Shown: positions 11,901 to 25,587 of the stretch, piece after piece
Position numbering within the stretch: position 1 is the stretch's first letter
Layout: each line of letters begins with the position of its first letter
DNA from: Mizuhopecten yessoensis
Lineage: Eukaryota
Assembly: GCF_002113885.1 (NCBI RefSeq)
Contig: NW_018408922.1
Coordinates: forward strand, 444,462 to 508,461
DNA: 64,000 nucleotides
Reading direction: 5' to 3'
Program-made: the position numbers and the translations under genes
Notes under the pieces: generated by a model
The model's database searches: none
What the model was told of the DNA's origin: nothing
What the model saw: only the letters and a program-made list of their open reading frames with translations

Positions 11901-14900
11901 TGCCCCCATGATATACATAGTATTATGTTCTCTAGTAGTTATACAGAGTCGTCTTTCTGTCGCCATTACTGCGTAGATTCTGCCTACCTTGATACTGAGT
12001 CGTACCATGTGCTCCAGCCGACTGCCTGGATCCCACTTCTGGATGCTCACGAACAAAATGGATGTATGCAGGTAATAAAAACGGCATATTGTTCACGACC
12101 TCTTCATTCTTGTTCTTGTGTCTTTTTTGTTCTTTCCTTCTTTTATATGTCCTCTTGGTTGCTCTTGCTGTCATCATGGTCTTTATTTTTTTAATAAATA
12201 GATAACTTATCTTTTGTATGATGTTTTTAATTGCGCTGGAATTAAGAATGAATCGAAATTTCCAGACCAAACGAACAACGTTTTTTTACATAAAGTATAT
12301 GTAGTATAATGTCCTTGCGAATAGGTGCGGCGATTTAAAGTATTGAAAAATACATCAATAGCGCGGACCAAATTGCAACCATACAATTATACAGTACTAG
12401 TATTGACAGTTAGAATTAAATTTGAGTCAAAAAGATATATAATGTATATAATATAGTTGAATTGATGAGCTGACTGGCACATGATTAACAATTTACTATC
12501 ACCATACGAGAAGAATTGTATAATTAAATGTTATATTCTATGTTTAAAAGGTTATCCATAAAGGTCACAAGAAAGGAATTGTGGGTAATCATCAGTGTTG
12601 TCATGGTGGCACGTGGTATGTCATGCTCGACGAAGAAGAAATGCAGAGAACGCTTGGTAAAAATCTCGCGTTATTTGTACCTCTATATGTGCTGTTATTT
12701 GCTAATTATTGTAACGACGTTTAAGGACAATTCATCTCTTATATCAAAATCATGATTCTGAAGATTTGTTTTGCCCAATGATCAATAAAGAGTGATAAAT
12801 GTTGTGGAGCGTGTACACTTTATTGTATAAACTTTCTCGGCTATTGCGCAGACGCAGACATTCCAAGCGACATACGAACCTGCCCTGTTCCATACGGTGG
12901 TATGCTGCTGCTGAATAACGTTATTCCACACAGAAGGTGAGACATTCGTCGGTGTGTTAATGATAGCATCGTGACGTCACAATTTCCGAGTTATATTATG
13001 ACGTCACATTTGAGTACATATATAAAAATATATATGGGGCAAAGAAGTAATTCCAACAGTGTGGACAAGTTGAGACTGTCAAATTTTCGGAGCGATCCGC
13101 TCCTTTTTCAAGAGAAAAAAGGAGCGGATCGCTCCGAAAATTTGACAACCTAAACATGTCCACACTGTTGGAACTACTTCTTTGCCCCATATTAAATTTT
13201 AAGTAACTCGTATCCTACGGACATACCACCATTAGGATCCAGTGTTATAAGGGGTCTTACCGTCTATATTACTTCTTTGACCCATAAACAAATATATAGA
13301 CAGAGCGAGAGCAAAGTTCGCGGAATTTAGACTTTCTTGAATAATCTTTTTTTCCAAAAGTAACAATGATTTTCGAGTAAAAGGTTATATCAAAGATTTT
13401 AAAATGATTTCCGTTTCAAGTGAAATTATAAACATCGTGACATCTTTTGTGGCCACATATACACTGTATCAGCAAAACATATTCCTTTATGCTTTAGTTT
13501 GTTTTGAACACGCACAGTCATTGACGCCACACAAAGTATTTGCTTGTTTTCGAAGGCGTGTGTTTCCTTTGTCAAACATAGATTTACTTTGATTGACAAC
13601 GGAAACAGACGTTTATAAAAGCTCCAAAATAAGTTTTCAATTACTGTTTGAGTTAAAAACAAACTTACATTTAGGAACATATTTTGGCTGTTTAGGAGGT
13701 ATCATCTTAATTTGAAATCATCAGAAAACTATTTAGATAAGTAATAAAGTATGCTTTATTTTTTTTTATAGCTTACCAAACATGACAAATCAAATTCGCT
13801 GGAGTTTGGATCTACGTTTTCAGAACCCAACGCTTCCTTATGGTTTTTACGGGATGAAAAAGGGGGTTATCTTTAGAAAATCGAACGACCCTGATTACCA
13901 GATCCCTTGGCAGGACTTCCTGAACGTTGACAGACGTGCTAAACAGCGTCAGGCTGTAAAGGACCTAATGGAAAATGTACGTTAACAAGTGTATGCTTAA
14001 GGAAGTTCTTATCTCCCTTGAGTTATGTTCCCTGTCATCGCCCTTATAATACTAACTGTTATGAAATAATATGAGTTATCTCCCTTCTGCGGCTATTATT
14101 TCCCTTGAAATTACCGTCTTTTGTAATTAACATGAATAGCGTTGTTTCGATATTTAATAATCTCCCCAAAGGCTTGGTTTTAGTTAAGGTATTTTTCGTT
14201 TATCTTTGTGTTTCATACTTTTTTATATTTATTGTTTAAAGAGTATAATATTACAAGATTTAAAATGTTTACCTTGTACTGAGGGTGAGTTCATATTTTT
14301 TAAATTGATGACTTATATTTGTTTATATGCAATTTTGAATTATTTAATTTATATGTATATTCATGTAGCTGTTATATGCATACTTAATGAGTAATTAACA
14401 TTTCATATTTAGGTGGGTACAATTTTCAATTAAGTGATACATAAATTAGTGATTAATATGTAAATTCAAATGCAGGGATCTATATTACATACTTGTATGT
14501 ATAACTTAAAGTTATATGTACATATACAGGTAGTTGTTACTGATCAAGTTATTTCTGTTCGGCTTTATTACAATCATCTAATTACTCTGTTTGCGATTTC
14601 GATTTCCGAACCCTTGCACATTACGATGACACCAGTCGGCCACAGGCGTTTGATAAATCATATCTCCTAGAAATGTAAGATGAAAACTAGAATTCAATAC
14701 ATTCACGACTTAGACGTTCTGATATGTTCTTCTCTTACTATTACATGACTATTATTTCGATATTTTTTACTCAGAGGAGAACTTCCCCTTAGGGTTGAAT
14801 GTTATCCTCATTGAAGAATGAAATGAAAAATTCTTCACTCATTCCAGGCGACAGATGAGGAATTTAGTACCACCCTGGAAGGCCCATGGATGAGGAAGTG

Positions 14901-14976
14901 GGAGATTGTTCATACAAACCAGCACACGAAACGTGCTGAAATGGAAGATAGCCTCTGGGACGAATGCAAGGCGTGA
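8926..14976 (+). CDS. PhyH-family (phytanoyl-CoA dioxygenase-like) Fe(II)/2OG dioxygenase, copy A, ~377 aa, intact
   Basis: Exons: 8926-9078, 9761-9878, 10297-10397, 11424-11565, 11977-12071, 12551-12656, 12852-12936, 13772-13976, 14848-14976. All introns are GT-AG and the ORF is continuous. Motifs: QFFEDGYVIVKDFF, VPWHQD (HxD), AWIPLLDA...NGCMQV, IPHRS (distal His), IRWSLDLR (RxS). Ends WDECKA*. Confidence 0.9.
9205..9290 (+). mobile_element. Short degenerate tRNA-derived SINE
   Basis: A-box-like TAGCTCAGTC and B-box-like GGTTTGATCCC, ending ...TCTGTTACA. No intact cloverleaf. Confidence 0.35.
10690..11050 (-). mobile_element. V-domain-like SINE interrupted by an L2-type 3' tail fragment
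   Basis: GGGAGGAAACCGGAGTACCCGGAGAAAACCCA is the reverse complement of the V-SINE core TGGGTTTTCTCCGGGTACTCCGGTTTCCTCCC. It abuts (TAA)n-ATTTATATAGCGCC...AAAGCGCTTTAC (L2 tail, minus strand). SINE-like sequence resumes at ~11012. Confidence 0.55.
13032..13286. mobile_element. Near-perfect ~160-bp foldback element with an extra downstream terminal repeat, in intron 7 of copy A
   Basis: ATATGGGGCAAAGAAGTA...GGAGCGATCCGCTCCTTTT / AAAAGGAGCGGATCGCTCC...TACTTCTTTGCCCCATAT spans 13032-13192. A third terminus, TTACTTCTTTGACCCATA, lies at 13269-13286. Confidence 0.75.
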
Positions 14977-17461
14977 TACGCTGTTTATTTCTATATGTGC
15001 ATATTGACACATTGTCGTGTCCCAAATGCACCAACATGGTTGATACACAAATGCAATACTTGGGTGTTTTGTAAGACATACATTGTATACATTTCTGTCT
15101 ACTTAATCCTATTTTGTAATTACAGCAATTAAAATTGTGATAATTGTTTACATTTCATTTTTGGGTACTAACAATGAATACTTTAAATGAATGTAATCAA
15201 TTATTTTTAGAATATATTATATCCTATGTAAATGACTTTTAACCTCTGTACAACCACTAAACTTACAAATTCAAACTGCATATGTTTGTGAATAAAACAC
15301 AACATACTGCGTGTTATGTTAGGCTGGCTTCTAGTCCCAAAGATTGTGTAAAGAGTTGTTCTGCTGCATTTCTACGTTTGTGTGTGTACTAATGCAATGT
15401 TTTCTGTGATGACTAAAAGATGATATTCGTTATTTCTTGATAAATAACAATTTTCACTAAATGAGATAAATCAATAACTATCACGGCTGTGAAACAGCAG
15501 TGAAAAGTATTGAAAGTATTCATCCCTCGTATTGACACATCACCAGGTTTCATCAAAAGACAAGAAATATTATGTTTATTACATTTCAAATTACAATGAG
15601 GACTTGCTCGAAGTTACGAGGATGTTTTCTTTCTGTAATTTTTCTTTCTTCATTTTTATAACTGTTTGCTGATTTGTCAGTTGACTGTACAAAATAAAAT
15701 AAAAGGGTATTGTGATTAACAATAAAACATATCGACTTTGGTTTTCTGTTACCCTGAACATCCTCCACCTACAAGTATCCATTGCTAGAAGTAGTTTTGA
15801 GTTGAAATTAATGTTAGCATGAAATGCAGTACAAAAGTGAAGCAGTTGTCCGAATTTCTGGATGATCCACTAGAAAATGTCGATCGATAAATAGAAATGT
15901 TTAAACACAAGTCTGTGTCGCTAAAACATTTGGGTGAATGTGTGTGACTACGTGCAGTTTTAAAGGAGTTGTGGGGTTGATATAGGTCACGCATATATAG
16001 CAATAATCAGCAGTAATTAAAACAACAACAGCTGTTGTAAACAACTTTGCCATCTATTGCATTATGTATAGGGTTATAACTTTGTTATATCTATATATCC
16101 TAGTTTAGTTAATATTTCTACGGCGCTTTTAAACGCAGAGAAAGATAAAAATAGACACATATGCTGAATTATGCATAGTCATACGTGCTGATGTGAAAAG
16201 TTCATATGACTCAATGTAACGTTTTGATCTGACACTTACATGGGAAACAAAACACTTTTCTTTCGATATCGACTCTGGTTTGAAATTGAACTTCATGTAC
16301 ATGTGAGCCAGTTTATCTCGCATTAATAATAAATATAATTATGATTTGAAAAAGGTTAAATGACGATCAGTGACACAACCGGCACATCGCCAATAACATC
16401 ACTTACAAACTTTACTTAAATAAAATTAGTTAACTGGATTGTGTTCATTTTGTTCCATACGATTATTTTACTTTTTCTTTATCCGCAGTTATTTTAAACG
16501 TTATCTTCTTTTCTTACCTGTCACTTTCAATTTCTTTTCAATGTTTTTTTATCGTTTTATTTTCAATTTGATTTAATAGGATTTAATCGTGGACTTATGC
16601 ATCATCGCTTCTTTATCCACATCGATGTAATGGTAAGTAATGGTAAGTAATTGTAAGTAAAATGTTAACATAAGATTTAGGCTGTTTAAAAGAAGCTGTG
16701 TGATCTATTTCAACTAAAGATCTTTCCAGACTTAATTGTTCTCAAATCAAAAAGTCTCATGCATAGAGCTTTGTCGAATGCCTACACAAAGTCTATGTAA
16801 ACTACATCTAATTCTTTGCCATTATCTGAACTCGTGGTCCATTAATTCACGACCTTACGTAAATGAAGCTCTGTTGATCTCCTAGATAAAAAGCCAAATT
16901 GTCAGTTGCCAAACAAATGGTTCCCCTCCAAATAAAACACAATTTAACTTCTTAGTGTTATGACTTTCTTCATAGTTGTACAAACAGCGCTTGTAAGACT
17001 AGCTGGTCTAGCTGTAGTTTCTAAGTTCCGAATTGCATAATCATTTCTTGAGATGCAGATTACATAATTTCATTTGAGCATTTAAAAAACAAAAATAAAA
17101 GTAAACAAAATATGTTATCTTTGTAATCTTTATTTACTTTCATGATCATTTTCTGTCACAAAACAAGTATACACTGGAAAAAGGTACAGGCGAAACACTG
17201 TTGATACCTGTACAGTGAAAACCGTACAGGTGTATATATTACTCGGTAACTCCCTTGTTATGTATTGGAACTGCAATGACTAAATATACGTACCATATGG
17301 TCAGAAACTAGTCATGGCCAAGCGGATGGTCAACAAAATAAAGGTTGCTTTTAGATAACAAGAATTAGGTCAAATACCGTAAGCTCGCAGGGGCCTCCAT
17401 TGTTTCCATACTTAGCTGGATGTCACAACCGAGCTAAACCAAGGTGGAAACAACTTGCATC

Positions 17462-17572
17462 ATGAGTGAGTGGAATCCAGAAATATTCAACATCGAAGCG
17501 ATGCCACCATCGGCACCGCAGCAGAAAATAGGCCAGCTACCAGATGATGTCATCAAGCAGTTTTTCATAGAC
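17462..17572 (+). CDS. Isolated paralogue of PhyH exon 1 (alternative first exon of copy B, or relic of a fifth gene)
   Basis: MSEWNPEIFNIEAMPPSAPQQKIGQLPDDVIKQFFID aligns with exon 1 of copies A-D. It ends at the same phase-0 position with a consensus donor GTAAGT. No exon-2 homologue was seen before 20685. Confidence 0.7.
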
Positions 17573-20500
17573 GTAAGTACACAGTTACGATCGACTTGCA
17601 TTAGAATGTGGGTCAATGTGTGTGTGTGAGATGATGCCATTACGTAAGAGGTATGGCAGCCTTCATGTGCAAAACACAGATCGTCAACATTAACGCCTGC
17701 TCTAGGTGCAATACATTCTGCGTATAAAGAACTATTGAGTGAGACATCGGTATGAATCTTTATAGACAGGGATATTGATAGGAGGTTTCATTACATTGTA
17801 AAGATCGTTTGGAGAAACGGTTTGATACTTAAACAAATACCACCAATGGCCATGATGGTGCATCACCTATCGCGAAAGAGAGAGAAAGAGAAAATACGAA
17901 ACTCGTCTAGAACGGAAACATCTTATTAAAGCTCGATAATACGTCTCCAAAACTAGATATATGTATATGATAATCCAACTTTAACACAAATTAATGACAT
18001 TGTTAATTAGAATAAGGACGTATTAGGACACCCCAAACATTGATATGGCAATTTTTACTTCTTTCTATGTATAACTCACCCAGGAACATATCAGGACCTC
18101 ACTCGACCCTATTATGTGTAGTTTTCTGACTAAGTACAATCTGGAAGATTGGACAGACTAACGTCCGGGATAGAACACATTAATGTTATACAAGTTGAAG
18201 TGTTATACATCGTTTTGACCCTCGACCCTTCATCTTCAGTTAGAGCTATTAATTGTCATGATGAACAGTTGTTTTGCGATACTACGACGCTTCAATATGA
18301 TAACCAATGTTTTCGTTTCTGGAAGAATTCCGTACCTTACAATATATGAAGAACATGGGTATTTTTCTTCTCCTTCACGACATATGACAGCCACACTGCA
18401 GGTTGTAGCTATAGAAACAAGTGGTTGAAACAGAGATAAATATTCAACGCTTTAAAATAAGTTGACTTTGATGTTTAATGCGATGAATTTTGCATTCATA
18501 AGCAGATTTATATGCCTGTAGTTCGCTAGATAACAATCTGTCCTTACGATTACATATATACGGTATATTAGCTATGCTACAAATAACAGGCTAAAATTGA
18601 GTTTCTAAGCGCTATAGTTCGTGTGAGAATTAATCTTTATTAGCGGAGTTTAAACGAGTAAATTGGTCACGACTGTGAGATTCTTTGTTATCGCTTGGGT
18701 CATTGAACATATTTTAATTACTTGGCTAGAAAAAGGAATATCATTGCCGCCCTTTATCCTTCCTGAATTCGTCACATCATTGCAATGTTCATGGTGATGG
18801 CATAATTGTTGATATGACACATTTTCATGACAATTATGTCATGCGTTCTTATGCTGCATAACAGATCAGTATTTAATTTATATACAAGTTATACTATTGA
18901 CATCATTTTGAATCACGTTTTTTGCAATACAACTGCTGATCCAGCAATGATAAAAGTGTCATCAAAATAAACGAAAATGTTATTATACAGGCCGACTTAA
19001 TATCTTATATTTATATAATGACTATGTTGTCAATTTATAGTTCTATATTGTAGTTATTTTATAGGAATTATGACTGGTTATCAGTCTTTTTACACAAAAT
19101 GAGACTAAGTTTTATTTGTTATTATGATCTTTTAGATAGTTTATGTTTGTGTACCTATCCTATGTTTTACATACTACAGTTAGTTCAATAGTATATAACG
19201 CAGAACGAGTGTACTCGGCGCAGGACATAGTACTATACACCATGTATGACACGTGTACTTTGTATGTCGTTGTCAGGTGCCTTGCATATCATATGATAAG
19301 GACATTGTTTACTTAGATTGGTGCACGGTGTGTAACATGACACTACGTTTTCCTATCGCACAGATTGTTTATGTGTGATATTACTGTGTTAACTTATTGC
19401 ATTAATACCGTTTAAAATAAGACGTTAACAGTTTGTTGTGCGTGTTAATCATTATCTGATTGGCTATGGATTTATTTTTTAAAATTTGCCTGCAAAGACT
19501 GATAATAAAAACTGGAACTACATTTTGTTGTTAAATAATTCGCGCTATGAAACAGGTGTATTGTAACATTTAAAAATAATGAAAATAATATTTCAAAAAA
19601 GAAACAAAATTATTATAACTAAAATGAAATGCTCAATATACCTCATAGAATCTCTTTCTTAGAATAATTAAATCTGAGGGTTAACAAGAATAATAACAAC
19701 TCCGAGCAAAATGCATTATATATATAACTCTCGTAACAAAACATGTGAAATGTCTAAAGAAAAGCAACCCAAAAAGCGAACTTGACGCGTGAATTTATGT
19801 TAAAATGTGTAACATTTGTAACAAGTGTTTTGTCTAATAGAAAAAAAGGTTTATTAAGACATATACACTGAGATAATGTGTTGATAAATGTGATTATGTA
19901 AAACCGAACTTGGATCATGACGTCTAATGTTTCTTATATAAGTTCACGGAACGTAATTTGCTTCCGTTTGCTATTTAGAACAATACGAATTGTTTAACCT
20001 ATTTTTTATATTAACATCACTAATAGTGCCCCGACGCGCTTCTAAACACTTTTTTTACATAACAAAATATCAAGATTAACGTTTTTGAATGTCTGTAAAA
20101 AGTAACTGTGCGCTCATATCTAGTCTGAAATAACGAATGTTTATTGTAGTTCATTCACATCTTGAAAATTAAAACAATTTATAAAAGCAAAGCTTGCTTT
20201 CCCTATTTCAACAAATGGTTACGTCTTCTGTAATTTTTGTATGGTTCATGTTGATTTTCCTTTTGATTTTGAGTTTATCTATTATATTTTCTTTTGTTTT
20301 TATATCAACATTGTTCTTTGATTTCGTCCATATATGTTCTACCTCACTCTTCTAAGTTAAAATCACCCAGGACACGACCCTTTTTTTACATTTGCAATTT
20401 GCAAGAGCGTTACATATTTCATAATGACGTGATGATTTAACTGTAATTTGAATAAAAAAATGTATTTTTTTTTTATACTTTCCGATATTTATTTCTCTCT

Positions 20501-20684
20501 TGAAAGTTTTGCTATAGTTATACTTGCCTGCTCCTCTTTCATGTCTGTCTATATGATGTATACTGTATCGCTGGTAATTTGAAGTACGACCCTGCCTACG
20601 TGACAAGGAGCACATACCAGCGTTGTAAAACCGGTCTGTCTCTACTATCAAATTGCCAAGTCAGCAAATAGATTTGGCTGCAGT

Positions 20685-23600
20685 ATGGCGGACAAAAGAA
20701 CGAACACTTCCATCCCGAATGGTTTTACAGGGGAAGCAAATCCGCATTTTTTTAATCTGAAAGCGAAACCTCCCACTTCTCTGGAACGGAAGCTTGGACA
20801 ACTCTCTGAAGAGATAATCAACAAATACTTTGAAAATGTATGGATTGTACTTTATATCAAGTGTGTTATCTGTTCCGTCGTTTATTACAAGTTGCAATTA
20901 AGGTGGTATTTTTTAATTCAATTTTCGCTTACAGGGAATAATAGGTGAACAAAATGTATGTTGTCCTTATCAAAGACAATAGATACGGTAATGAAAACTG
21001 CAAATACAATTATGCCATAATGTGGAATGTCTTTATTTAAATATTTGTATCTATTTATATGTGCATCTATTTATTTCACATTCATAATTAAATGGTATTC
21101 TTGAAATTATTAAGTACAACACTCTAGATAAAAATAGAATGTTGTTTGCGAGGAACTATATATTTAAATGCTTTAAAAAAAAATATTGTATTTTACATAT
21201 TTATAACTACATGATAGTACGATGCCTTTGTGAAAATAAAACGAATGGACGATATAACTTGTTAGAAAGGATCTTATTTTCATTCATATGACACAGCGAG
21301 GTTTGCTTGGACAAATATGCGTGTAGTGTATGAACACTGAAAAAGAAAATTTTATCAAAAGCAACAGTCATATTAATATAAGTGCTCAAAAGAGTGCGTT
21401 GTATTTTATTTACTACTAAGATTTCAACCTTGATTTATATGGCGGATGTCGTTAATAAAGCTTCCTTTTCCGGAACGCCTGGTCTTAGTCCTTTGTACAC
21501 ATTTAACGATCTCCATTTTTTGTTGATATTTTGCCCTAGTCTCGTCGATTTTTAGGTTCAAATTATGGTTTAATCTTAAGAGGCTACATTCTCAATGTTT
21601 GTCATGTGAGATTATGGACACAAGACTATTCTCAACGCGTCATAATTTGTGCATATAACTGAGATTAAGAATGTCAGTTCTTTTAATATTGAAACGTTTT
21701 AATTTCTACAGGGTTACGTCATTGTGGAAAACTTTTTCAAACCAGAGGAATTGGACCCCTGTAAAGAAGCAATCAATGATATGTTAGATGAAATGGCACT
21801 GCAGTTTTTACAGAAAGGAAAGATCAAAGGTACATTTGAATGCTTGTGTTACGAATCACTCTTAATGGTCAAATACTAGTATACTTTTGTCTATAACGCA
21901 ACATCTGTTTTATCTAAAATTCTTTTAAAGGAAAAAATGACATCTTTAAACCTGAACGTGTTTCAGATTTTGTTGCCCTATCATCTGCATTGACACATTG
22001 TACAAGAATATCGTATTCAACGAAACTTGCTCTGTGGTTTTACTTTATGGTCATATTCCTTTCGAATCAGTATTTGATTGTTCTGTTTGAGTTACATTGC
22101 ATTGTATAAATACGTGTAACACTTACTGAAAGACTTGTATTAAGTATTGTTGTGTTTTATTGGTGTCGTTAACAAACATGAATTAGACACAAAGCAATAT
22201 TTCTGTTGACAGAACTTTACAAAGAATATGGTTTTTACGAGAGGCTGTCCAAGATTGAGGATGACTTCCCAGGGGCAAACATCGTCCTACATAAGCTGGG
22301 AAAACTTCCACAGGTATAGCTCAGCTTCCATTGTCGTGTGTGTTATAAACCTTCCCAACATACCAAACTAGTAATACCATAGTGTCAGAAGTAAGGTTGA
22401 TATATAGTTCCATGCAAGGTAATAGTACTCGAGATTTATCATCCTGCTTTTATCTGAGGTACTCCTTCACACGAGTTACATTGTGTATATATAAACCAAT
22501 TTCAAATGATGATAGCAAAATATGGATACTTTGAAATTTAATTTTTACATTTACAAGTATAAAACACTAGAAAAAAATCCATAAACAAATTTGTATTCGA
22601 TACCACCATATCAGAATTGACGTGAGACGAAATCATCCGCGTTCAAAGTTAACAAATCCCTTTTAGACTGTGATAATTGTTAGGCTAGGACTGATGTAGA
22701 CACATCCATTGTCAACAAACAGTGAATGACAGGAATATGATACCATACCAAACTGACGCTGAATATACGGACTATAGTAGTATGATAATTACAGGAATCC
22801 TTGATTACAATAATGACAAATTTTCTTTGAAAATTAAACTTCTTGTTAGGACTACTGTTTTATCGCCCATTTTTTATTAGGCTTTCAAAGATGTATGGAC
22901 AAACGAACGCCTACTGAACGTCATTGAACAGCTTATCGGTCCAGAAATTGCTGGCCATCCGGTATGGAACCTTCGAACGAAGACACCCCAGAACGAGGCT
23001 ACTACTGTGCCGTGGCACCAAGGCAGGTTACCAAACAGTGATATTAATTACGACATAGTCTTAATAGAGATACGTGTATTTACATAATATAAAATATAAA
23101 TAAGCAGCATATCATATATTAAGGATAAAAGAAAACTGATATTTCTATAGTTACTATTATAGATGTATATTCTTCTATTTCTAGATAGCGCCTATCTGGA
23201 CAATGACTCTTACAGAGTGTTACAGCCGACAGCCTGGATACCTCTGATAGACGCTACAGCAAAAAACGGATGCATGCAGGTATTGTTAATGTCACAATGA
23301 TGGAATTTGTATTCGCTGGTGAATGATATGGCAAAAGATTATTTTCACCTGAATTTGTGAATCCTCTGAATGTTATATCGGGTCAAACTACCATCGGATG
23401 GACTAGACAAACGTTCTTTAGATTACCCAAAACTACGAAAGTTAGTATTTTATGTTCTTAAATAGTTTTAACGATAGTAATATTTCACATATGATATTGG
23501 TTCAAGAGTGCTTTTTTGGTTTCAGGGATAGGAATGGGATATTCCATAAANCATGAGACACCTTTTATGCCACTTCTCTTCTCAACATAAGTTTTGCTAG

Positions 23601-25587
23601 AATTTAATACAGCTGTATAATGTCACAAAATCGCTTACAAACTACAATTCTTTATTCATAATCATGTAAATTTGTTACAATAGATTGTTGTTGTATGGAA
23701 ATTAAAATAGGCTGACCATAGAGCATTCATTTTATTTCATAAACAGTGTACACGTTGTTCTTTTATCCACCAGGTGGCGCACCGTGGCCACAAAACCGGT
23801 AAGGTTGCTACTCACCAGTGTTGCTATGGAGGGACGTGGTATGTTATGCTGGAGGAAGATGAGATGGCAAAATCGTTAGGTAATTCTTTGTTTGTCATAT
23901 TTCTAGATTTTTTTTTATTTTTGTTAACTCATGTCATGTTTGCGACTGTATTACAAACCGATGGTCTTTTGTGTGTTTGTATGATTGCTTTGAAAACTAC
24001 AAAACTGACTTTATATTTCATAAATGTCAATGCTGTTCATACATATTTGATATTTTATCTATGTAATCGTTTTTAAAGATATCGTCATCTATGTCTTAGC
24101 TGTGAGTATAATTAAGATAGAAAGACAATATAGCATCACTAAAGAAAGACAAATGAAAAGACAATGTCGGCCAGAACAGACAACAACAGCATTTTAACTG
24201 GTTTGTGAAACTTATTAAATATCTGTTTGAAAACGGCTTTTGCAGATGTGAACCTGGAGTCAGATATCAAGACGTGCCCAATTCCATATGGTGGCATGCT
24301 GCTGCTGAATAACATGATACCTCATAGAAGGTAATGGGATCAGCTTAATATTTGTTTATTGCTTGAATAAGCAACTTTGTTTTACAATCTACCACGTTCC
24401 ATGGAACAGAATTTTAACCAATCAAACTGACTGAAAATGTTAAACCATCCCTTATTTCGTTTCAAGGACTACTAGTTGATCGGCAGTGTCAGGAATGTGG
24501 ACAAGTCACAATAATGTACTGTTCATGATAAATTTGATGCAGAAAGTATATGTAAAGCAATGAAATCAATATAACTGTAAACAGACTTATTTCAGTAGCT
24601 GTCATAAATCAGGAGTTGTCGACCTAATGAGAAAACAATTAATTAGGATCACCGCTATATCACAGCTAGATGAAGCTTTAAATCTTGACACGTGTTATTT
24701 AAAAGATGACACACCGACATACTTGTTTAAGGACGTTGACAGTTCATATTATCAATTATTAGTAATGTACTTGTAGCTTGCCAAACCTATCGAAACAAAT
24801 TCGTTGGAGTTTGGATTTGCGCTGGCAGAAGCCATCACTTCCTTTTGGATTTCACAACATGAAAAATGGGGTATTGATGCGAACATCAAAAGACCCTAAC
24901 TACAAAATCGACTGGAACGAATTCGAGGGTGTTGATCGCCATGATAAACAAAGAGAATATGTGAAGGAGATACTTGAAGTGAGTATTGAAACAACCAAAC
25001 CTGCATTCTGCAGTCATAATTTGTGAAGAATCAGAGTAGTCGAATTGTTGTCTGCGTTTTCCGTTGTGGGGGCAATGTCGCGACCAAAACATATCTGATG
25101 CATTTTGCGTGATTTTGGACTTCCGATTTTTTTCTCTGGTATTTTTTCTGTAACGTTTTACATATGTTTCCCTCCTCCTGAGATTATGGCATTGATGACT
25201 CGTTCAGATAACTAAATAAATTAACATTTTCTATAGGATAGGAGAGGGTTATTAAATATCACAAACCTGGACATTTTTGTCACCAGGATCTCATAGGTTA
25301 AAAAACAGTGGGTCGCAGTCATAATTCTTCGATCTCGAAAATCATTTCATGAGAATAGGTTACCACATTTAAGCATTTGTTATTGATATATGGCCATATC
25401 ATGATACTTATGAGATTGAGTTATCGTTCATCCCTTGTAAATATATTTTCAGCCATCGAGTGACCCAGATTTTGACATAACGATCCAAGGGCCCTGGATG
25501 AAGAAGTGGGAAATTGTTCACATGAATCAGCATACTGCAAAACTTACAGACGAAACAATGAGTTCCTGGCATGGCCACAAGGCATAG
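20685..25587 (+). CDS. PhyH-family Fe(II)/2OG dioxygenase, copy B, ~378 aa, intact (intron 4 is GC-AG)
   Basis: Exons: 20685-20837, 21712-21829, 22213-22313, 22881-23022, 23185-23279, 23774-23879, 24246-24330, 24777-24978, 25453-25587. Exon 2-7 lengths (118/101/142/95/106/85) are identical to copy A. WHQD, PHRS and IRWSLDLR are present. Ends WHGHKA*. Confidence 0.9.

Noticed and set aside
11424-12071. Fe/2OG halogenase assignment
   Set aside because: All copies retain the carboxylate ligand (H-Q-D), whereas halogenases have Gly or Ala at that position.
14965-14976. Peroxisomal PTS1 signal at the C-termini (CKA, HKA, DRS, KSA)
   Set aside because: None ends in Leu or Met as in the [SAC][KRH][LM] consensus, and no PTS2 was seen at the N-termini. 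Peroxisomal targeting is unsupported.
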